Position numbers and translations under genes: made by a program
The notes under the pieces: generated by a model
What the model was told of the DNA's origin: nothing
Database searches by the model: none
What the model saw: the letters and a program-made list of their open reading frames with translations, nothing else
Shown here: piece by piece, positions 40,285 to 51,995 of the stretch
How positions within the stretch are numbered: the stretch's first letter is position 1
Layout of the letters: each line of letters begins with the position of its first letter
DNA from: Octopus vulgaris
Lineage: Eukaryota
Reading direction: 5' to 3'
Length of the DNA stretch: 64,000 bases
Assembly (NCBI GenBank): GCA_951406725.2
Contig: OX597816.1
Coordinates: 108,562,001-108,626,000, forward strand

Positions 40285-41534
40285 CTGAAATGATAATGAA
40301 ATAATTCATAATTTTTATGTTAAAAAAAAGAATGAATAATAAAAATATTCAGGTATTGAGATTTTTAGTTTTTGACAATTTACATTGAGTCAGTGCAAAG
40401 AAAAAAATACAGAGCTCCAATGTCTGCTTTGGCAGTTTCTAAGACTGGATGCCTTTCTTACGGCCACCCACTTTACAGAGTGTACTAGGTGCTTTTTACA
40501 CAGCACCAACACTAGTGAGGTCACCAAATAAACGGTAAAAAAAAAAAAAGACCCCTTTCAGTCATGTACGACCATAAGATTGCACCTAGAAAATTACTCT
40601 CCAAAGCACAAGTCCAGGCAAAGTTGCCCATGCATACCAGCCTCCCCTCTCCATGCCATCAATGTTATCCAAGGGAAAGGCAAAGGCCAATACAGCTTGG
40701 TACTAATAACATCGCAACTCATTTCTACAGCTGAGTGAACTGAAGCAATGTGAAATAAAGTGTTGTGCTCAAGAACACAACACACAGCTTGGTCTGTGAA
40801 TCGAACTCACTACCTCATGACTGTGAGTCCGATGCTCTAACCAGTGAGCCATGCACCTTCAACAAATAACTTGCATGATAAGACCACTTGACAAAGTAGG
40901 GGTGCAGTGCTGAAGGAGGTGGAATTGGGCTATACCTAAAGAGGCTAAAATAGGAAAGAAGGTCAGGAACAGGTATCTTGCTATAGAGCAAATACTTAGG
41001 TACCCTAGCAGGAATGGGAGAAAGGATGGTAGAGATAAGGTATCAGAGTGTACTCTCGAGGTACCAGAAGGTGGACAGAGGAAGAATAGGACCAGAGAAG
41101 TGAGGCTGGTTAGGTGGGCAGATAAGGGATGGGGTTAAGTGTGGAGCAGACAGAAGATGAACACTAAACAATGACAGAGGTCGAGCGTACATAGGGGTGG
41201 ATACGGTAAAACAGGCATCAAGGTCAGAGAAGAAAGGGTGTTCAGAGGGAAAGTATGTGTAAGTGATGATGTTGGAGGTGCAGGATGGGTAGCAAAAGGA
41301 GTCATTCCAAGAAGAGGGATTACTGGTAGCACAAAAAGGGGAATATGTGCAGTTCTATTCTCATATAATTATAACAGGGGGGGAAACATTGCTGTAACTA
41401 GAGGAGTAGGTCTTATGAAAGATGAGTTGCTGGGAAACTTTGACAGGTACAAATTGATGGGAAGATAGACATTGGTGATGTGCTTTTAAAACGTCATTTC
41501 TACTGAGATGGACGGATGTATGTGAGTATATGTT

Positions 41535-41800
41535 TGTGCCTCCTTTTCTTGACATCACGTGATAGCTATAAATGAGTGTCACTTTCATATAAACAGTGTC
41601 ACTTTCATATAAACAGTGTCATTTCCAGCATTCTAAGAAAAAAAAACGTCAGGCCAAGGGGAATATTACCTTGCTTGGAAATAGGTGAGGCTTGCTCATG
41701 GGAAGGGCATTCGGCTGTAGAAAATATGCCTTAGTAAATTCTGACCAGCCCATGCAAGCATGGAAAAGTGGACTTTCAAAAATGATGACTAATGATGATA
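41535..41800 (+). mobile_element. SINE tail family H carrying the GGAAGGGCAT motif (other copies ~39400-39630, 47670-47895, 21955-22150 minus)
   Basis: cttgacatcacgtgatag..aatattaccttgcttggaaa..ggaagggcat..cccatgcaagcatggaaaagtggac plus a (GAT) tail. Confidence 0.75.
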
Positions 41801-43327
41801 TATGTGTATGTGCTTGTGCATGTAGTATGTATGTATATCATTTATTTCATTTATTTAGCAAGTTAAAATATCAGGTTTCTTTCTTTATAAAATACTCTCC
41901 ACCCCTATTAACTTTCATTTCCCTTTCTATTTTCATATCTCTCTCTGCATTTTATCTTCTCCAATCCTCCCCCCTCTCTCACACACACATGCACACACGC
42001 GTGCACATACACACACACACACACACACACTTTGTTCTTCATTTTCTCTCTCCTTCTGCCTCTCTTTGTCTGGCTTCTCTGAAGATCTTCTCTCCTTCTT
42101 GACATAAATGTTAATGCTCCCCAAAGGAAGAGCAGAAAGAAGACAGCAAAACAGCCCCCACTTTCCAATGCCACCATCCACCTACCCACCACTTACTTCC
42201 AGCATTACAGAAGCCATAAATCTATATACAGTCATAATAAATCTCTCCGCATCTGTCAGATATGTCAAAAGCTTGGAGAGAGACAAACATCACCTTAGGC
42301 CACAATTAACTACACAGTAATCTCTACCAAGCACTTAGGGCAATGCATGCAACACACACACACACACACAAAGCACTCAAGACACTTAAAACACATACAC
42401 AAGTATATAAGTGTGTGTGTGTGTGTGTGTGTGTGCATAAACAAGGAACAACTCAAACAAAATCAACAATAACTGCTCCTGCTTCCATACATGGCTAACC
42501 CACCACCCACCTCCACCCATGTGGTGGGGGTTTCCATTCAATAAGGATGCCAATATTTTTACAACTTATTTTCTGTTGGGTTTATTTATTTATGTATGTA
42601 TTTATTTATTTATTTACTGAAAGAAATCTGCATTCAGACAAATATTTAAAATTAATATTAGATATTTTTTTTAATGGGGGGGGGAATCAGAAACTATCAC
42701 TATCATTATCACTAACATCATTAAAATTATCACTACCAATCATCATCATTGTTATTTTCTTTATCATCATAATCAGCAACATCACCATAAAATAAACATC
42801 ATTATTATAACAAACATCATTTATCATAATACTTCTCCCTACCATCTTTATAATCATCATTATAATGAACTGGCAGAATTATTAGAGTCAGAAAAGAAGG
42901 TGCTTTGCAGTATTTGTTCCAGCTCTTTAAGTTGTGAGTTCAAATCCTGCCAAACTTAACTTTACCTTTCATCCCTCCAGGGTCAATAAAACAAAATACC
43001 AAAAGTCAAGTACAAGGGTCAATGGCATCAACTAGTCCCCCTCCCCTCAAATTTGTTGGCCTTGTGCATAAATCAGAACCATCATCATCACTATTTAACA
43101 TCTGCTTTTCCATGTTGTCATGGGTTGGAAGGTATGGCAGGAACTGGTAAACCAGAGAACGATGTCATGCTCTACTGCAGTGTTTCTCAACCTTTTTACC
43201 CTTGCATAACCCTTTAAAATAAATTACATATCTCAAGAAACACCTGTAGAAAATTATATACAGTTTCCATCCCCTAAATTTCATTTAATGCAAAGCTATA
43301 GAAGACACTTGCCTAAAATTCCACATA

Positions 43328-44000
43328 GGTACAGGAGTGGCTGTGTAATAAGTAGCTTGCTTACCAACCACATGGTTCTGGGTTCAGCCCCACAGCATGG
43401 CACCTTGGGCAGTGTCTTCTACTATAGCCTCAGGCCGACCAAAGCCTTGTGAGTGGATATGGTAGATGGAAACTGAAAGAAGCCTGTCGTGTGTGTGTGT
43501 GTCTATGTGTGTGTTTGTGCAATGCAAACTATATACATACATAATGCAAACTACATGCAAACACAATGTCAACTATGTATATGTGTGTGTATTTGTGTGT
43601 GTGTGCATGCAAACAGGGGCAGGCATGGCTGTGAGGTAAGAAGCTTGCTTCCCAGCCACATGGCTCTAGGTTCAATCCCATTGTGTGGCACTTTGGGCAA
43701 GTGTCTTCTACTGTAGCCTCGGACTGACCAAAGCCTTGTGAGTGGATTTGGTAGACAGAAACTGAAAGAAGCCAGTCGTCTGTGTGTGTCTTTGTCCCCC
43801 ACCAACCACCATTTGACAACCAGTGTTGGTGTGTTTACATCCCCATAACTTAACATTTTGGCAAAAGAGACTGACAGAATAAGTACTGAGATTTAGACAA
43901 AAAAAGAATAAGTACTGAGGTTGATTCATTAGATTAAAAGTTCTTCAAGGTGGTGCCCCAGCATGACCACAGTCTAATTGACTGCAACAACTTGGAAGAT
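43328..44000 (+). mobile_element. Two tandem SINE family A units (head-only, then full)
   Basis: Heads at ~43330 and ~43620; 3' part runs to ~44000. Confidence 0.85.
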
Positions 44001-44487
44001 ATAAGTTAACTACACTAAAAACATCACACACATAGCAAATTATATAGACACACACACACACACACACGCTCTAATGAAATTAGTAACAAAATAATATTGA
44101 AGTAAAGAGAAATGGAGTCGCCCTCCCTTCTTTGAAAGCCTTCCCCACATCATCATCATCACCACATGAGAGAACTACTAAACGTCCACAAGGTCGCTCA
44201 ACATCCTAGAAATAGCAGTCAAACACTCTAAAGCCACACCTTTTAACCCTTTCTTTTGAGATGCTCTGTGTTTCTTTCAATTAATTTGAAATATAACAAA
44301 GAATTTAGTAAAATAACTTAGTTATCATTAAGCTAGTATTAGGAACATAAATTGTGATTAGGGTTTGGTGGAAGATTTTAATTCAAAACTTATGAAAACG
44401 ACATTTGTACTACAGAGCCAGAGGTGGTTTCAGCAGGATTAGTATGGAAAGGGTCAAGGGAGAAAAAGGACACACACACACACACAC

Positions 44488-44534
44488 ACATTGTCCAGTG
44501 AAGACTAAGTAGGCCGAAACTTTAAAGTCACTGT
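44488..44534 (+). ncRNA. Decayed hammerhead-like motif
   Basis: CCAGUGA-A-gacu(aagu)aggcc-GAAA-CUUUAAAG-UC. Perfect palindromic stem III and GUC triplet; the core differs from CUGAUGA only by transitions. Confidence 0.4.
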
Positions 44535-44648
44535 AAACTCTAATCTTGTTAAAGAATACATACTCAGTAAAAAATATTCAATAATCCTTCAGTTTAATGT
44601 AAAATTGATTTTATCATAACTTGACATAAAAACAAACATCAATATATA

Positions 44649-44650
<2 letters not shown>

Positions 44651-44719
<69 letters not shown>
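44651..44719. repeat. (GT)n microsatellite
   Basis: Direct reading. Confidence 0.98.
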
Positions 44720-44723
<4 letters not shown>

Positions 44724-45306
44724 GGAAAAAGTGTATGATCCACCTAAAAGAAAAAAAAAAAGACTGCATGATCATGGCTAGAATACTTTTGATCATTGGC
44801 CAAATCAATCAGGGTTGGCCCGGGGCTAAACAACAAGAATATCAATACAACTGCCACCACCTTCACTGCCACCACAAGGCAGTCATAGTTGCAGGTGCAG
44901 TCATGTGACTGACAGTGGCAAATTGTTAGGCCACTCACTACCACCCCAACCAACCAACCAACCAACCAACCAACCACTCATGTTCACTATGGAATATTGA
45001 GTCATTTAATATTGGGGTTGAGGTGTGAAGAAGGAATAGAGAGCAAGGGGGGAAGGGATTTGAAAGTATGGAGGGGGAGGTATAGAGTGAGAGAAGGAGG
45101 GACAAGGGAAAGGGAAGTGAGGAGAGGAGGATGAAGTGTTTTAGTGAGGGTGAAGAAAAGGGAAGTGAAGACAGTAGAAGTGGGGAGTGAGATGGTGATA
45201 AAAGAGGGAGAAGATGGAGGACAGTGTGGATTAGAAATATTAAAGATGACATAATGAGATGGGAGACATCCAGATGGAGACAGGTGGGGGGGGAGTGCAG
45301 TGCATG

Positions 45307-45341
<35 letters not shown>

Positions 45342-48300
45342 AAGAGAGAGATGAGAAAAGAAAGAGAGAGATGAGAAAGGAAAGTCATATAGGTGGAAAG
45401 GAAAAAGAAATAGGTGTATGCAAAACGAAAGAGCGGGAGAGAGAAAAGACAAGGAGAGAGTAAGGATGGGATTGAATGAAAGAGAAGTGTTAGAGAAAAG
45501 TTTTAATTGAAAGAGGAAGATGTTGTTGTTGTTGTTAAGCTCCAATGATGAAAGTTATTGTATCTGTGAATATCCTGCATTTTTTTTTTTTTCCATATGT
45601 ACAGGAAACCTAGCACCGTACGATTCAGCATGTCCGTTTTTGGTATCATTCTGAGGGAGATTTAGCTTCTATTTGTAGCTGGTCAAGCAACTATGGAGAT
45701 ACTCTGAGACTGGCTTGAGAAACAAATGTGAAAGACAGGAAAAAATGTGAGAGGGGAAAGGAAGAAGAGATGTGACTGAGAAGAGAAGAGGAGCAGGTGT
45801 GAGGAGAGAGTGAAAGAGAGTGAGAGAGAGGGGGTGGTAAGAGTAAAGACAAAAAGATGGATAAGAATAGGTGTAGGAGAAAGAAAAGAAAGAATAAGGG
45901 CAGAGACAGAGGGGGGAGAGAGACAACAGAATGGAGGAAAAGCAAGAAAAAAGAAAAAGGGAGAGAAATAGTGAGGGAAGAAATCAAAGGAGATGAGAGT
46001 GGGGATGTCCCCTTTGATGCAGTATGAGTCAAAACAACCAGGGTTAGGGGGGAAAGGGTTTACAGATGTCTCCCAGAACTGAAAGCGGAGGAAAGGAATT
46101 TGTGGAACTGCAGCAGAGCAGAGCAGAGCAAAGAAACAGAAGGGAAAGAAAACCCAAATAAGAGCCATTGTTTCCAACACATCAAAATTTTGATTTAATT
46201 AACATTCCTGTGAAGTGCCACACTCCTGACTAACAGATCATAGCTTCGAAACTATGCCTCAGTTATGGCCAGGCACCCCTCTTCCCTTTGACATATGCAC
46301 ATATTTCAAATGCCTCAATTCACCCAACTAGAACATTATCTAACACTCAAGCCAACGACAAAAGACTCGCAGTGGCTGATTGACCTGGTAGAAACAATAG
46401 CAAAATCTCAAATTACACTTACCCTCTTACAGTAAAAAAGGAAATGTTGGGTAATATGGTCATGAGGAAAACGACGAGATGGTCATAGCTGGAATACCTT
46501 TGATCATAGGTCTGCTCAATCATGACTGACTTGGGGTTAATCAACATCTATAACATTAGCTAACCTACAAACCAATGACAAAGACTCTTCATGGTTGCAT
46601 GACCTACCAGAAATAGCAGACAAATCTTCCTCATATCATACCCTACTACCTTAAAAAATGAAGACATATCAAATAACATAGTTCTAAATATACTGTGGTT
46701 GAAAAAGATGAATGAAAAAGATGAATGAAAAAGATAGGATGGTCACAGTTGGAATGTCTTTGATTATTAGTCTTTGATCATAAGTTTGATCAATCAGGAC
46801 TAATTTGAGTCTAAACAATAATTGCACCAGTCCAATGAGGAAGCTTCTTTATAGTCAATAAACTAAATACCAACAGCAGCCAAATCTCTCTCAAATTACA
46901 CCCAACTATCTTAAAAATGAGAACAACAATATTGAATAATATAATCCTAGAAACACTATATCTGGAAACAAAATAAAAATTAAAATAAAAATAAAAATGT
47001 GATCATGACTAAATGCATCAGATCAGTGGTTCTCAACCAATGGGGTCCCAGCCCAAAATAGGTTGGAGTATAATTCTAAAAGAATCACAAGAAAGAAAGT
47101 CTTTTATTTCTGAAATGTTATTGTGGACTTATTATCATTGGTTTCAAACTGCATTTGCTTTTCTGTGGTCAAAGTTTGGAACATTTTCCTCACCAAGATA
47201 CACTGGAGAATGTTATAAGAAACAACCTCAACACTGCCAATTTTTCATTGCAACAGAAGCCTGTTGATCTTGATCTACAGCATCAGAAGGTATCTGGGTA
47301 GAATAATCCTTTCCCCACTCGAGATGGTGGTGGGGGGACAAGCTGAGATGTCACTAATTACCATATTTTCCAGTGTACAAATTGACATAGTATATAGTAT
47401 AAACATGTTGAATAAACATTCAAACATCACCACTATCTTTCCAAATACTGTTGCATTTCAAATGGCACTTTTAGCCCTTCAAAATCATCTTGGTGTGTAA
47501 GTCAACCTACTTTTTTGACTGGAAATTCTGGTCTGAAAAATATATATATATATAATAGGTACAGATATGGTACCTTGAATAAGTGTCTGTAGCTAAAGTT
47601 TTTGGCTGACCAAACCCTTGTCAGTGGATTTAGTAGATTGAAACTAGCCACACATATGTGTGTCGTGTGTATTACTGTCACTTTGCCCTGATATTGAGCA
47701 AGTTGTAAACAAGTGTCACTGTAATACAAGCAGTGTCGTTTGCTTTCAATATTCTGTGTGAAAACATGTCTGCTTAAGGGGAAATATTACCCTATTTAAA
47801 AGTAGGTATGGGTTGGCGATGGAAAGGGCATTCATTCATAGAAAATCTGCCTCAACAAATTCCACCTGACCTATGCAAGCATGAAAAAACAGGTTATTGT
47901 GTGCGAGTTTGTGTGTGTACGCGCACACATACATCATATATATTATTCTCATTTCAATAAATAAATGTTTAAAATTTGTTTGTGCTTTATTTTATTAACA
48001 ACATTACTAAAAACCTACTCATCTTTACACAATTTCAGTTTCATTGGTGACTTCCAGAATCAATCAACCATGTAAGCCAAGGGACAATGGTGTTAATTTG
48101 ATATACATCATAAAAGTGCTGAATATATACGGTCTTTAGTCACACACGGGTAACTACACAACGATGAACTGCTAAGTTATATTATTTGATGCAACAATAC
48201 CAATTTTTACAACCTGCACTGGTGATAAACACTCGACAAAACAGACATATACACCCTAAAGACTTAGCACATTTTCCATCTATCAAATACTACTCCCAAT

Positions 48301-49849
48301 ACAACCATCAAACAGTGGACAAGCAGTGGAATCATAACTTGGAAACACATGCTTATAGAAAAAAACTTCTTAACCAGACAGCCATGCTTCTGTCTGTCTG
48401 TCGGTCTGTGTGCTGAGTATTTTATTTATCCACTGCTTAAGTTTCAAACTTTCTAATCCATCACGCTCTGTTCCACATCATATATTGAATATCATCTTCC
48501 TTTATCATTTACAAGCTATAAAATTATATGTGTAAGAAAGAGAGAGAGAGACAGTGAGAGAGAAAACAGAAGTTCAGTTTGAACTGAGGAGGGAAAAAAA
48601 CAATTATTTAAACCAATAATTTCTTTACTTAATATTTTAAAGCAGTCATGTTACTAAGTGCAGCCCTCAGGACTATCTGAATGGCATGCCAACAAAAACT
48701 ACCTTGATTTTTTTTTTCTTTTAGTAGTGTAGTCCGATTAATGGTGAGTCATTTTCATACAGCATGCTTCTCAAAAATGGTTGCCCGTGCCTTTTTTAGA
48801 AACTGTAACACCAATACTTGCTTGATCTATTTCTACTTCCACCACAACCACCAACACCTTTAAGCAGAATATTAATTCCCATAATTGCTTACTTAATACA
48901 TTACAATATACATCCCCTTTCATTAAAAAAATCTAAAGGTTCTCTACTGAATTCTTCTAACCAATACCAGATGTGTTGACAACACACACACACACAGACT
49001 CAATTCTTATACACTGTAGGCAAAAAAATTCAACTCATATCCACCACTTCAGGATATTCTTAGAAAGTCTGAACTCAAAATGCTAGGTCTCCTCCAGAAT
49101 TATTAAAAAAGTTTTTACAAATGAAAAATGGGAAAAGCGGATAAAATTAGAAACAATTATATTTTCAATTTCTTTATCTTATTTTTTATCAAATATTTTT
49201 TTTTAGGTAAAAAGGTGTCTTGAGTACAATAAAAAAAAATCTGCACTGAAAGATAAGAGTTAAGTGTTTAAATTATTTCAAGGTGAAAAAATGAGGGAAG
49301 GGAGTGGAATCCCTGTGTGGTCTCAATTGTTATTTTATCTAACCTATAATTGCTGCCATAACAAGATTGCAAACGAAAGTACCTAGAAACAGAAATTAGC
49401 CTTGTTGTACAGGCTGCCGTTTTCTTTTTTTTTTTTTTAAAGCGTTTTCAGTTTTTGAAAAGAAGCAGTCAGAGATACCATCATGATTATGTGGCTCAGA
49501 AGCTTGCTTCCCAACTACATGGTTCCAGGTTGGGAAAAAAATTCTTCACTACATAGCCATATATATATTGCAATCAGTGACCAAGAATGAACCATAAATA
49601 GCTTCTGGCAGGGTCCAGGTACTCAGTTACAAGCATTCTGAACAAAGACACCAGTCTGAAGATAAAACTTCCTATCTCAATGCACAGTATCCTACTTTCA
49701 GCAGATCCCAAACCAACAAGAAACCCATAGTTGTCTGATCTGCTAAGAAACAGCATCTAGACTGCATCTTGAAAAAGATCACTGCATTGACTGGCATGAA
49801 GTCAGCCACAGACTAATACCAGATTCTAACCTACAAACATGTTCTCTCT

Positions 49850-50140
49850 GCTTTCTCTTTCTGTCTACCTTTCCATCATCTATTACAATGGCCCCTGCTC
49901 CTCAGAATTTGCAAGTCTCATGCCATCTCCACTCAGAAATTCATGACACACACTTTGCTCCTCCTTTCATTAGTTACATTATATCCAACCTACCCACCAT
50001 TATCACCATCACTAGGTCCTGCACTAACCACTGTGCCCTGATTTTTTCCCCAGAACATAAGTCCTTTGGAATTCCTTCCCTGTACATCTTCTTCTTGGTT
50101 ATCAACTTAGAACAGTTTGAGGAGACTGTCAACATCCTCA
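49850..50140 (+). mobile_element. Decayed CR1-group LINE 3' fragment
   Basis: Broken translation YYNGPCSSEFASLMPSPL...FFPRT..LWNS..INLEQF; resembles the relic at 35345. Confidence 0.6.
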
Positions 50141-51163
50141 CCAGTCTCACAGAGCCAGTGAAGCCATAGGCAGAGAGAGACCCATCCTCCAGACCAAAAC
50201 ACAAGTAAAAAAAATATCCAATACAGTGTTCCTTTCTCTTTTTCTAAGACAGTAAGGTGTGATTTCAGAAAGAGTTAGTTGCTATCTTTAGCAGGTGAAG
50301 CAACCACATAGAGGCTTCTTCAGTGGAGGTCAATCAGTGGATTGATCACATTGGAATTAAATGATGAGTGGAACAGAAAATAAAACTAACAAAACAAAAG
50401 AGTCAATAATTAAAAAGACAATGAAGAAGGCCAGGTGCAGAGAAGTTATTACTTACTTTATAAAGAGGAGGAAACGTCACAGATTTTTCAAAGCTTGTAT
50501 TCCCACACATGCCCGCACACTTGGTAGTGGTGGCTTTGAATTAAGTAATGTTTATCAGTGTGAAATTACAACTCTTATGCTATCAGTCACCGTCCTACCA
50601 CCCATATTAATTAATATACATGCCCTGCATGTATGTCTGTGTGTGTATGTGTGGACAAGAGATCTACATACCGTAAATAAATAGGCTAATTTATCCATAC
50701 ACACAGACACAAACAAACATGTATCAACACAGCCCCCCCCCCCCCCCAACTCACACATGAATACATAACCATACCAACCGACAAGGCATACAGCAATGCA
50801 TAGCTATATGCATAAAACTGACATGCATACACATTATGGTAGACACACACACACTGATACACCCATGCATGCACCACACAACACAGCCACACTCACCCAC
50901 ATGCATGGAATATAGCTACACACAAACCAAAATGCATGCACATACAAGTCGTTCGCACAACATAACCATACGAAAAACATAGCCACGGTCGGACCAACAT
51001 GCATTTATCAATCACCTGAATCAATATGCTCACACACACCTGCCAGCCATGGGTCGCTAGCCTAACAAAACTAGCCCTATACAAATGCAAATATATACAC
51101 CAACTTTCAATTAGACACACACAAACATAACTACACATACATAAGTAGATTCAACACACATCT

Positions 51164-51353
51164 TTACTCTTTTACTTGTTTCAGTCATTTGACTGCGGCC
51201 ATGCTGGAGCACCGCTTTTAGTCGAGCAAATCGACCCCGGGACTTATTCTTTGTAAGCCCAGTACTTATTCTATCGGTCTCTTTTGCCGAACCGCTAAGT
51301 TACGGGGACGTAAACACACCAGCATCGGTTGTCAAGCAATGCTAGGGGGACAA

Positions 51354-51384
<31 letters not shown>

Positions 51385-51555
51385 CATATATACGACAGGC
51401 TTCTTTCAGTTTCCGTCTACCAAATCCACTCACAAGGCATTGGTCGGCCCGGGGCTATAGCAGAAGACACTTGCCCAAGATGCCACGCAGTGGGACTGTA
51501 CCCGGAACCATGTGGTTGGTTAGCAAGCTACTTACCACACAGCCACTCCTGCGCC
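51164..51555 (-). mobile_element. Full-length, young SINE family A copy
   Basis: tRNA-like head ggcgcaggagtggctgtgtggtaag, core, internal (TA)/(TG) microsatellite, 3' end atgactgaaacaagtaaaagag. CpGs retained; short flanking repeat acatct. Confidence 0.92.
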
Positions 51556-51624
51556 TATACATCTGTAATGTTCATAATAATTACTGATTGAAAAATCGAA
51601 AGAAAAAAAAACTGTGCAACAGTG

Positions 51625-51995
51625 TGGGCATGGCTGTGTGGTAAGAAATTTCCTTCCCAATGATATGGTTCCGAGTTCAAACTCTCTGCATAGCACCTTG
51701 GGCAAGTGTCTACAACAGCCTGGTGAGTAGATTTGATAGACAAAAACTGGAAAAAAGTCTGCGTGTGTGTGTATGTATGTGTTTGTTTGTCCCACACCAC
51801 TGCTTGACAAGCAGTGTTGGTTTGTTTACACCCCCATAACTTAGTAGTGTAGCATAAAAGACTGATATAATTAGTATCAGGCTTCAAAATTTTTAAAATG
51901 TTAAGTATGGGGGTTATTCTTTTGACTAAAACCTTTCGAAGTAATATCCTAGCATGGCTGTAATCCAATGACTGAGAACAAGCAAAGGATAAAAA
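51625..51995 (+). mobile_element. Older SINE family A copy, head-to-head with the previous one
   Basis: ggcatggctgtgtggtaag head and diverged 3' part. Confidence 0.8.

Noticed and set aside
47511-47532. 22-nt minus-strand micro-exon candidate (PEFPVKK)
   Set aside because: Its open reading ends in phase 0, which is incompatible with the phase-2 start of exon A; no other support.
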